From: the human T2T-CHM13v2.0 reference genome, Homo sapiens
Strand: one strand, 5' to 3'
NCBI RefSeq assembly: GCF_009914755.1
Contig: NC_060929.1
DNA: 64,000 bases
Below the pieces are notes generated by a model. That model had not been told where the DNA came from. It ran no database searches and worked only from the letters and a program-made list of their open reading frames with translations. The translations under genes were made by a program, and so were the position numbers. Each line of letters starts with the position of its first letter. Position 1 is the stretch's first letter. Below are positions 44,908 through 57,410 of the stretch, piece after piece.

Positions 44908-45641
44908 AGAAAATTTTAATATATTAATAACATCCACAAAAACTTGGTCTGTATTTTACTATCACCATACACTGGTAATACTAAATAATGTCAGTAATAA
45001 AATAATCCTCCTTAAAAATTTTTTATTGGTCTAAATTCTAAACAACTGCTATTGTGGTTTTAGTTGAATTGTAATAATATATACGCAAGCTTCAAATGAG
45101 CATATTTTTATTACTTATCCTTTAATAAACATTTTATTCAACATGGAAGTTAATTCAGAGAACTTAATGTTATTTCATCAGCCCAGGCACATGGAAACTC
45201 GGCTGCATGTGATCATATCAAGACCAAGTTCCAGAGTAAAAACATAACCACTCTAAATTGTTCAGGCTGGCTTCAAATACAGTTATTATCTCTAAATCCT
45301 GTACTATGACATATTCCTGCATCTAAATAGTAGATTCAAAATAACATATGATAGCACAGTGAGATAAAGATGAAGAAACAGAACTTGAGCTACTTCAATG
45401 TCTTCTTCTATATGACTACTTGGAGTTTTATTTGTGTTTAAAATTTCAAAATGTAAAGTGTTTTTCCTTTTCCAAAAAATACACCAATATGATTACAAAG
45501 TATTAATTATGTTTTTTCCTTTTCCTATGCTGAGATATTTAATCATTTACTGTTTTTATTGACATTATACACTCAGAGTTCAATAAAGAAAAATTTTCAG
45601 TATATATGTCCCCACAAGACATCACTATCATCACCATTATT

Positions 45642-45999
<358 letters not shown>

Positions 46000-46014
46000 T
46001 AGAGTGGCGGGTGT

Positions 46015-46322
<308 letters not shown>

Positions 46323-47261
46323 TTAAGAGTGATCTACTCCAGGTGTCAACTGTATTTAGCATACTGCTCACTTAAATAGGAGCCTTAGACAATTTACTGA
46401 TGTCAGTAGTTTCTTCTTTCTTCCATAGTTTAGCTATGATAAAAATGCATAACTAAGAAGACTTGTGGAAATGCTCATCTCTTCAATTTGCCATCAGCTC
46501 AGAGAAAGCCAAAGTTAAAAATGCCCAGAAATTTGAAGGCAACGCTTATTTGTGTGGGACGTAAGCACTCTTCATTTCGGGATGGAAAAAAATGAATTTG
46601 AACTGCCATAGGGAATGTTTACACCTTATTTTTGAGGTTCCATTTCATCTGTTTGATTCATTTTGTTACTGCTTTTTCTTTTTCCCCTCCTTTCTCACAT
46701 CTCATTCATGTAGATTTCTGTCCTGGGCACATTAGAAGAAAGTTAGGAGGGGTCTGAATCTATAGAATTGCCAAAAATCAGATTCCTTCGAGTAGTTTAG
46801 TGTTGAAATGATGATCTGCCTCCTTCCAAAAAGTAGCAGCAGTGGGATTCCTTTGAATACGTTCATCTTGTGCTTGAGCAGCTGGAGAATCAGTTGGCAA
46901 GGTAGTTCGTTGTCAAGATGTAAAAATGTGTCACCACAGAGAAATATTTAGTCTGACCCAAGCTTTCCTTTTTTATCAGCTCTTAGGATAGGTAACAGGG
47001 TAAGGTAACCCTCAATTCGCACTGTGTGGGTGAGTAATAAATAAGCAGGTAACTCAGTTGCAGGAACTCACAACTTTCTCTTCAGCATATTGCACATCAC
47101 CAACAAAGCAAAAGGCTTTATTTTTTTTGTTTCCATTCAGTTTTAAGTGCACTTCCATGTTTTTTCCGTTTTAATAAAGTTGAGTTCCATACAAGCTAAA
47201 CTATGAAATTTCTTAAGGATTAGGGATTGGGCACTGACTGGATAACTATAGATTCGATCTT

Positions 47262-47563
47262 TATTTATTTATTTATTTTTTTAGCGACAGAATCTTGCTC
47301 TGTCACCCAGGCTGGAGTTCACTAGCATGATCAGGGCACACAGCAGCCTCAAACTCCTGGGCTCAAGCAATCCTTCCATCTCAGCCTCCTGAGTAGCTGG
47401 GAATACAGGTGAGCACCATCACGCTTGGGTAATTTACTTTTTTTTTTTTTTAGAGATGGGGGTCTCACTGCGTTGCCCAGGCTGGTTTCGAACTCCTGGG
47501 CTCAAGTGACCCTCCTGTCTCCCAAAGTGCTGAGATTACAGGCATGAGCCACCATTCCTTGCC
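47262..47563 (-). mobile_element. AluJ, full length
   Basis: (TTTA)n tail, with aactcctgggctcaag in both arms. Degenerate TSD tagattcgatctt / tgaattcaatctt. Confidence 0.95.
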
Positions 47564-49479
47564 TGAATTCAATCTTACATTTTAACACACATGTAAATCC
47601 TTCTTGTTTCAGGTTAACATATAGCATTACTCAAATTCATGACTGAAAACTGTTAAGGTGAATTCTACTGTCCCTCATAATTTGAAATTCCTAATGTGAA
47701 TTTTAACACCTAAAAGTTTAATACTGAAGGCAGAGCTATGGTGCTAATAATAATTATAGAAGTTTAAATGGCTTTTGGGAGCTTAAGTAAAAAGAGATAA
47801 TTAATTTTTGAAATATGATAGAGCAAGGAACAGGGTGTCGGCATTCATGAGTTCCTTAGCTAGAGCCAATAACTATTTCAGTTTGTCTAGGTAAAAATTA
47901 CTAAATATTTGTATCTATTCCTCCTCTGGAAAATGAGGGCAAAGAAATAAAAACATCTTTCTTAGATTTTTTTTATAGACAATTGACCAATACAAAATTA
48001 TTTAAAAACAGACAATTGTGGGCAAATTCGTTATATATATATAAATTTCCCTCATGACGTCTTATAATATTTTACAAATGAATAACCATATTATTAAAAA
48101 TTTAAATGACAAAATTGGTGTCATGATATAGTACACATAATATCTCACCTAATACAATATTGTATCCAATTTATACATATTAGGAGATCATAAGAATACT
48201 TAACATATATATTTAAAAATAATTAATTGTTAAGATAAAAGATGACATGCACTAAGGTTGTATAATCCCTGTCTTCTTCTGTAAAGGTGCATATACCTAA
48301 CCTTGGTTTAAATTATGCTAGAATGATAACAGATCTAGTTATTCATTTTTATTTTACAAAGTATTTCCTAAAAAATGATAAATAGCTCCAAAAGCATATA
48401 CATTTTAAAATTGTAATTCAGTCTTATTCAATTGTCCCATTACTGCTATCTGTTAATTTATTTGAATTAAATTTACTTAATATCAAAATTTTAAGAAAAT
48501 TTAAGAAATGATGAGTCTTTGCAAACTTGTAAAAATGAGATGGTAATTGATATATCTCAGTTATTTTTAAAGGTAATGAACACAAACATGTACTCTTGGT
48601 AGACATGTAGGATTGTATAACAGGAAACAGTAATAATGTTTCAGTCATATTAATGTTTATAAAAAAACTTCCAAAATCTGAAAAGAATAGCAAGTTCTGC
48701 TTATGTTTGCCAATATAAAGAATGAAGCTCAAAGGCTATGGCTAAACAAAATTATTACTTATGTATTTCAAAAAAAACTTTGAATTTGCTAAATGTGCTT
48801 CCAAGTGTAGTCTTTAATTAGACTTTAAATAAAGAAGCAACTTTTCTGTTATAGATGCAAGTAAACAATTGACAGGTAGCCCATTTTAGGGGGTTAGGGA
48901 GGAAAAGAGATGGCAGAGAAAATAAAAAGGGAGACATCAATGCTGTCTACTTTGACGGATTGAGTCAGTACACTTGCTGACACGGAGTGAGCTGAAGTTT
49001 GCTGGTCTTCTATATGGATAGGTTTTACTCGATACAGAGGATTAATAGGTGGATGATAGGAAATTCATAGGAAACACTGATTGGCTGGCCCTAATACTGA
49101 ATCACAGGGTTTCCTGACCATCTTTATCACTAACAATTCTGCATAGCCTCTTTCACTTTTAAATTGCTCTTTTAGAAATTTGAGATTGAGTTAATGCTAC
49201 TTCCTACTGAATTTCCAGGAAGTTAGGAAGATAATTTATGGGTAGAAAGAAAACGTGTGTAAATTCTATGTGGACATAAGTGGTAACTGTTCATACTTAA
49301 TTTTATCCCCATTACATCCCCCAACTTAGTGTCACACAGACATTTCATAATTTTTTCAAACCAAACAATGTTGATTGATTAGTTGGAAAGTAATGAGTGT
49401 GAAAATTATGAACTATTCTTAAACCTAATAAATAAATATATATATATATAAAAAATATATACTTGTAAACCAAAACTAC

Positions 49480-49800
49480 TTACTCACCTAACAAACATTG
49501 CTGATTACCTGCTATACAAGGTGGTGTTCCTAGCAGTATGGTAGATATGCAATGAGAACTATGGCTTGTGCCCTTGAGGAGATTTTAGCCTAGTTGATGA
49601 GATAAACCCTGTATATGAGTGCTTAAAACAGAAAACATTGTGAAATATGGAGCACAGTTGTGAGACTAAGTACTTAAAGTATTCAGAGAAGTGAGTGATT
49701 TCTTCTGGCAGAAAATATCACCATAAATTTCAGGAAAGAAGAGGCATGTGTGTGGGTGTTAAAGGACATTTAGCCTAATATATGCAAAAATGACAAGGAT
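49480..49800 (-). mobile_element. L2 fragment
   Basis: actcacctaacaaacattgctgattacctgctatacaagg...tgcccttgaggagattttagcctagttgatgagataaac...gagaagtgagtgatttcttctggc. Confidence 0.65.
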
Positions 49801-52199
49801 TTTCATAAAATAGCCAAATAAAATCAAACATAATGAAAACACATTATGACCAAGTTATGCTGATTACATCTAATAGGTTTTCACAAAGAAAGACTAACTA
49901 ACATAAAACAGGTTTTGATTTTATCCCTCTAAAATGAGTGTTCAAATGAGCTGGTCTCCTTTTATATCTTAATTATCAGAATACTTCCTAAACTTTGCAA
50001 TATCAGTGACATTTGGAAGCCATAACTCTGAAAACTGTATTCACCGAATGCATTTGTAACTGAAAGGCATAAAAGGTGATTGTTCATTTTATCTTATTAG
50101 AAGCTTCCCTGGCCTCCATAGCAGAGCTCATCTGGCCCCCACTTCATGCTTGAGTCATGCAGATTGGAGTTGACTCTCAATTATACCAAGTCTTTCTCCA
50201 AAGATGACAGTCCAAATACAGTAGAGATAAAATACATCAAGTTTTAAAATAGGCCCGTTCAGCCCCAGTTGCGCTTCATCATGAAATGATATAATTCACT
50301 GATGCCTCTGCCTAGCCTAACATATGTTCTATTCACAGCCCGCGTCACTCTTCATTTGTAATTATTTCCCTTTTTTTTCTTACCCCATCTTGTAATACTT
50401 TGCTTGGTTGAAGACAAATACTGAGAGGCAAAGAGTATTATATATGATGACCTGTTCCAGGGTGTTAAACCCCTGTCAAGGTTTGATTTTAACACGGGGT
50501 ATTGATGACAGTACATCAATTCAAGCATCATGTCCCGAATTAGAGTATATTAATTATCACTTGTGTGCAATATGCATGAAAATGCTGTTTCATTGACTAA
50601 AAGGATCTGACTGAATAAAAATCCATTTCTCATCTGGTTGCTTATGGATAAAGACATTTTTTTCTCTTTGCCTTGGATTGTTCTTTATTAAATATGATTT
50701 TTATATGATTGTATGAATAAATTGTCTTACTCAACAACAGAACTAGATAGTTTTAAACAAAGAAAATGTAATGGGTTGTCTCCTCTTGGCACATCTCTAA
50801 CAATGTATTTACAGTTAATAGTTTAGGCAGATTATTTATAACAATACTGCCAAAAAACAAAGTTCTTATTTTTAGCTTTCATGAGAAAATGATACTTTCA
50901 AATTGTTGCCTTCTTCATTTAAAGGAAATGAAAGTTATAAGTTACAATTATTTTCAGATGATAGAGCAGTAACAAGCTATGTCAGGTAACACATACACTT
51001 AAAAGTAAAACTAATATTATTCTTACTTTTAAAAAGAAGATGTTCATAAGAAGCACTTCAACACTAGACACATTGTTTACATTACTCATAAGTCCAACCA
51101 ACACACAATTGCATATACACATATTTGCTATGGAGACAACTAGATAACAAAAAAGAAGAAAAACAACTGAGGCCTAACTTTTTTACCACACACAATTTTT
51201 ACAATGCTACCTAGTTTTAATAGAAATATAATTTTCAGCTTAACATGGAAATTTTCTAAATCTTTTCAAGTTATAATATGTCTTAAAACTTTTTCAACAA
51301 TATCTCAAAACTAATATTTAATCCCAAATTTAAAATATAAAAGTAGGAATCCTAAAACCAAATTTTACTTAAAAATTTGAAAAAGTATTAAAACATATAT
51401 TACTATATTCAGTCAAGACAATTGGTCCATATATTAGGGATAATTTCAATGGCAATGAAAAAAAACAAACCACCACCCTTTTAAAAAATAAACAAATTGC
51501 TAGCTCTAATATCAGTGTTTATTAGTAAATATGATGCTGGAGTTTCCCACTAAGTGGCCTTCTCAGTAAAAATTTCACAAAAGCTATTTTAAATTGTGGA
51601 GTGGGAAGTTTTAAAACTTAGAAATATATATTTGTTTCTGTATAAAGAAGAATTGGGGTCCTGTAAAGTAGAAGGTTCAAATTCAAGTTGGCAAGTTAAA
51701 GGAGTCATCACAACAAAAACAACTCATTCCCACAGTCCTTTCCACTAAATTTCACAATTCTAACATAATTAGTAAACGCATTAAGTGGATCCTAGGAGAA
51801 CAGGGGAAAAGCTGTGGCAATCTCTCCATGGTGAGGCTCCCCTGCACCACTATTCATCCTGTCCCTGATAAAATCGAACAGGAGTTCCCAAGGTGTGCCA
51901 CACACTCAAGTCACCATGGTGAGGCCTGGCCACAGAGAGATTCATTAAAAAGGCTGTAGCTTAATACTATCATGATTTTACAAAGCAATTGATTTCTCGC
52001 CTCATTTTTTGAATGATAATCATTAAATACTGCATTCAGTATTAGATCATGCCCAGAAGACAGGACTCAGAAGATGCACATCTGTTTGGCCCAGAAAACT
52101 TTCAATAAACCCCACTTTTGCTTTAAGTTATTAATTATTAAGTTTGCATAAAAATCTCTAGCATGGGAAGAAACCTGAATATATTTATGGGGCAAATAC

Positions 52200-52410
52200 T
52201 TTGTGTGGTGGAAGGAATACTGGGCTAGAAATGATAAAAGTCATGAGACATTGCTGGCTCTGCTTCTTACTAGTCACATGAAACGAAGACAAGTCGTTTC
52301 TCTGAAATAGAAAAAATAATGCCTGCCTCCCTGCGGCATAAGTGTATGGCAGGGATTGTTGTAAGTGAAGGTGTCCTGACAATGATAAGACATTACATAA
52401 TTGCAGGGCA
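52200..52410 (+). mobile_element. Degenerate MIR (MIR3/MIRc-like)
   Basis: gtgtggtggaaggaatactgggctag...ctggctctgcttcttactag...ataatgcctgcctccct...cagggattgttgtaag. Confidence 0.6.
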
Positions 52411-55294
52411 GTGCTGCTACTGCTTTTAGCCTGGCAAGAGAGGGAATAATACGGCAGGTGAGGGGGGGTGACCCGTATCAACTAGAGAAGAGGTAACACT
52501 GGAAGATGCCGATCTGGTTGACAAATGTTTCTAATAAAAATGTTCACAGATCAGAAGACTCGCCGAATCTCATTTAACTGTGTTGTTATTATTTCCCCTT
52601 TCACCACAGTTTCACAGCCTATATCTTTTTTTTTCCATTTTTGTCCTCTCTTTGCTTTCTGGTTGGTCACAACAGAGGCCAAAGTGAGCCATTAAAGGAC
52701 CTCTGACAACAGTAAACACAGACACATACAATTGGCCTCAGAGGAAATAAATTTTTTATTTTAAAAAATAAGTATATTTGAATACTAAATTAACCAGTTT
52801 ACAAATAAAAACATTTCAGAACTGAAAATACCCCAGCCATCATTTGCTATGACATTCCAAGTTCATAATTCTAGTTACCACAAGACAAAATATGGTTCAT
52901 AAACTCCTAGAAGCAATACAAATGAAACTACATTTGTTATTCTGCAATTGATAATGCAATTTCCTTTATTCAAAAAATCCAAACCCTCATGCACTAAGGA
53001 ATAACTGACCAAATTACCTGTTAACACCTTATACCATAAACAAGTTTTTAAAACATACCTTTAAAAAAGGCTAAGTTTAAATAAGATGCCCTGACTTTTT
53101 ACTCCTCCAATACAAATTGCAATTTAGATTAATGGAAACAGAAAATACCTTAATTATTGTTCTAAGATCAAAATATTCTTTGTGTTTAAGAATAGAAAAG
53201 TGGAATTTAAGTTTTCATAACACATTTTGTATTTTGTCACCAAGATTTTGTCTCTACTAATTTATATTAATAAAATAATGACCAATCTTTCTTAATTCCT
53301 ATACACAGGCCAAAAAGCTTAAAGTTTACTTGCAAACAGAAATCTCTTTCACACACATATGCACACACACACACCCTGTTCTTTAGTGCCTGCTAGTGAA
53401 AATGGTCTATCATATGACTATGGTACCATCAGCACACAGTGTTTCACAGCCATCACAATGTAGGATTGACATATGACATTTATAAAATGTCAGAACCCCT
53501 CCACCAAGTTTTACAGCCTATTCCCCAGTAGGGTTTCACGATGTAAAATGAGCTAAAGGCAACTGTGTGCTCATTAGCTGTGCCACTTCTGATACATTAC
53601 GTCAATTGACAATGAAACACTGTGATATCAAAGTGCACGTATAAAAAATAATAAGGTGACTGCTTGTGTAACAAAATCTCACTAACTGAGAATATATAAT
53701 AAATATGCAAGGAGGCAGTTTTTATTCACTGAAAATGTGGCATGGTACATCAAACATAAAACCCAAGAAAGGGTTTTGACATGCCAAACTCAATTAAAAT
53801 TTGTTTTCATGACTATCATCAGAGACTCAGTAACTTATTTGTGAATGTAAAAGGTGATTATGCAAGTTCCAAATAGAAGGATCTGAAGATATCAGGAGAC
53901 TCAGATGGTGCCAGAAACAGAGCTAGCATCTAACTCGCAATTACTTTTAATGTTAATAAGTGATAGCGAACTTGTCACAATGAAAATTATAGTACACTTA
54001 AAACTTGTTTAGCTACCTCCTACCTATTGAAAGAATATGTACATTATTATCTCTCCATGAACCATCCCCCACCTCTCCAATGGCCCAAGATCTTAATGCT
54101 TTAAAAATTCCTAAAGTTTGGTGAAAACAAAATAATGAATAAAACAAAATAGCGATATATATAAAATAACTACATATAAAATAGCTATGGCCACCTGACT
54201 GGTTTTTACATATGTCGACTCATATTTAGAGAAAAAAAAGGGGGAATGTGAAATCTAATTTCAGAGTTTATTTTCTAGAAAATTAATTATATCACTAATT
54301 CCCAAAATCAATAATATTTTGCATTACATTACTTTATAGAGCTGTCCAGACCAGTAAGTACAACATTATAAGTATAAAATCCTAAACTTGGTACATTGGA
54401 AGATGATACATTGGAAAAGATATGCCCTCATCATTTAAAAATTGACAAAATGATTTAGTATAATGAACTCCCTGAGAAAAATCCAGCACCATATTAAAAA
54501 GTTGTGTAAGTTCCATTCATACTTTTTTCACACGGGAGAAATGTCACATTAGAACTTTTGATGAATATGAAATACTTTACTTTATAGGATGCTAGGAATC
54601 CTGACCAGATAGGTAGGATGACAATTGAATTCTATCACTGTACTAAGCCCTCAGTTAAACTTGGTAAAGTTACTTAGATAAACTATTTTCACCCCAATAA
54701 TATTTAAGGGATTATTTTGAGGAAAATATAGAGATATTAGAGGGAAATTATCAAAGATATCATTAACAATACTGATTGATAACAATACCGAGCAATACTG
54801 ATATCAATCCTCAAGTGTGGATGTTGCAGCCCTCATTTCTTTCCGTAATTGTCCATGTGATTAATTGCCTTAATAACAAGTGAAGAGAGAAAAATAGAAA
54901 GAACACATGATAGTCATCATTTTCAAATCATTCAAATCATCTATAGAGCTGATTACAAATAGAGATACCCGAACGTCATTACCAGGCATTCTGGAATAGG
55001 TACATGATGCGTAGGGCTTAGGTTCATGTATCTATACCCACCTCTACAGGCAATTCTGACAAACACCAACACTTGCTACTCATTCCCTCAAGATTCTGAT
55101 AAATAATGTAATATGATATCTTGTTACCCATATCTTCTCAGGTGGATTTTTTACAAACTTCTAGATGCTCTACATTCCCTTATTTACCACTGATAGTCTT
55201 TAGATCAACTCTTCCTTTTTCATAAAATAAAAGATAGGTGCGGGAGGTTGTGGATTTTGAAAGGAAAGAGAATTATAAAAAGAAAACTTCATTT

Positions 55295-55995
55295 AAAGTA
55301 CCGTATTTTTCTAACTACATTGCTTCTTCCCTTGTGCCTGACAGGCTGCAACTATCTACTTTTCCCCTCACTTTAGTTTTGGCTGCCTATAATAGTACCT
55401 ATGCCCCTGTCACCCTCTGATGTTTCTTCAATTGTTATGGTTTTATAATTCAAATTTCAAAAAAGTTGTTCACCCTGTCACTGTGCTCAAAGCCCAAGAC
55501 ATCAAGGGAATAGGCCTTTCTGTGGAATATAAGGCCCACTGTGACCTGGTTCCAATCTATCTTTCTAGCCTTGATTTCTTCTATTTCAACAAATGATTTG
55601 TTCATGGTCTCCAAAATGCGATATGCTTTTTTTTCATCTTTGGCTCCTTGCTCGCATCTTTTGCTCTACACTAACAACTATCCCTGTAAATCTTCACCCA
55701 TCTAGATGAAGTTTCTTCCTTCAAATTGCAGGTCAAATTCTACTTCTTCCCAGATAAGATGATAACTACTCCACCTCGAAAACAGAGATTGTCTTCCTCT
55801 GGATCCCCACAGAATCCTCTGTCATTTGGTACTTATTCCACCATATATTATATTTTCGTTATCTTAAAATTTGTTCTCTTCCAAAGATGGTAATATTGAA
55901 GGAAGGAGCATTCCTCCTATCATTTTTAGTTCCTATAGTGCTTTTTGGAAACACACTCTTAGGACTCTGAGGAAATATTTATTGGTTGGTATTAT
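55295..55995 (+). mobile_element. L2 fragment to 3' end
   Basis: aaggcccactgtgacctggttccaatctatctttctagcctt...ttccttcaaattgcaggtcaaattctacttcttcc...aaatatttattggttgg. Confidence 0.7.
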
Positions 55996-56679
55996 AATGT
56001 CACATCTTTAATAAGCTACTAAGAATAAAATTACCACTGGTAGACCAAAAGATCTACAGGATCAAAGAACATGAGTCTTTTTCACTGCAGATAAGCAAGA
56101 GTTTAATCATTTGGAATAGAGTGATTGAGGATTTTAAAGAGTTTTTCAATACTAAATCTTTCAGCATCACTGCAATACAGACATATTCAGGTGTTAGTCC
56201 TGGGAAAATGAAATGAAATTCTACAAACATTTATCAAGTGTCTCTGCTAAGGGCAAAATACTCTGACCTCTGGTACTGTGGGGGCAGTCACTCCATGACC
56301 TCTCAAAACCCAACACCATGCATTATATCCATCACACTTGGAAATTATTTTCTAATCTAAATCAAATTTAAATTAGAATTTAAGCACTTACAGGAGAGAG
56401 AATGATTAGATGCAGTTTCATCTCTCAAGGAGCTCTCAATCCAGTATTGGTTTTAAAGATCAAGCAGCCACTCAGTTACTGGGCTTAAAGTAAAGGAAAA
56501 ATAGTAAAATCCCAGAAGGAAATGGAATTTATCATGATCATATTCAAAGCACAATGGTACATGTATTTATACAGAGAAATGTATACATAAATTCAAGGGA
56601 CTCTATAAGATTTTCAACAAATGAAGCTCAAAGTTCCCTGCTGAATACAAAGATTACTCATGTTTTAAAATGAGATTGT

Positions 56680-56775
56680 TGATGATTCATTCAGTCAATA
56701 AATAGAGTGAGTATCTGCATTCATTCATTCATTCATTAAAGAAATATATGAGTACTGGCACTGTGCAGTGTCTCC
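56680..56775 (-). mobile_element. L2 3' terminus with (ATTC)n
   Basis: cattcattcattcattcattaaagaaatatatgagtactggcactgtgc. Confidence 0.55.
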
Positions 56776-57064
56776 TTCCATTTGGCCTTAGATCTAATCA
56801 GGTGCTCAATCTTAAGAGGTCTTTCAGTCATTGCCCCTTTTGGTGGCATGGGATTGAATAAAAAGTCCTTTCCATTCAGGCCGTTTTCCTCCTTCCAGAG
56901 GGAGAACTCTGCCATAGATCATTCCATTGAAATTGGATTTAAAGGTAACATACAGCAACCACTTACCAAATTTCCAATTGGAAGCTTGAAACTGGCTACT
57001 TTAATTCTCAGCCACAATTCAGTGTGCTCTATTTGCTTTTCTTTAGTCATATTCAATTCTCTCT

Positions 57065-57410
57065 CAATCACTGTCCTGTAGGCTCCTTCATGTATAAACA
57101 ATGATACTTTGTGTTGTACTAGTGAACTAGCATAGTGCTCTGTAGCAAGTTATTCAATAAATGTGAGTTAAGTTGGTGAAACATTTAATGGAAAACATGG
57201 TGCTAAGTATGTTTGTTGTGGTGATGATAGTGTAGGATATAAAGATGCATAAGACATAGTTTTGCCCCCAAAGAATTTTCATTTTAGCCGAGGAGATAAA
57301 ACACTTTCTCAAATAACTGTAATATAAAGTATGAAGTGATAAGCCACAAAGAAGTGGTACAGAGGAGGTGCTGTGAGAGTTCAGAGGAGGGAGAGATTAC
57401 TTCCAGCTGT
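57065..57410. mobile_element. L2 fragments (plus 3' end followed by minus-strand piece)
   Basis: tagcatagtgctctgtagcaagttattcaataaatgt, then aagatgcataagacatagttttgcccccaaagaat...gtgctgtgagagttcagaggagggagagattacttccagctg. Confidence 0.75.

Noticed and set aside
46805-46960. Possible C/D-box snoRNA (ATGATGA ... CTGA)
   Set aside because: No terminal stem or clear C'/D' boxes, the span is long and such motifs are frequent by chance.
54392-54808. Short recurring words (tacattggaa twice; caatactga-like three times)
   Set aside because: Too short and degenerate to distinguish from local slippage noise.
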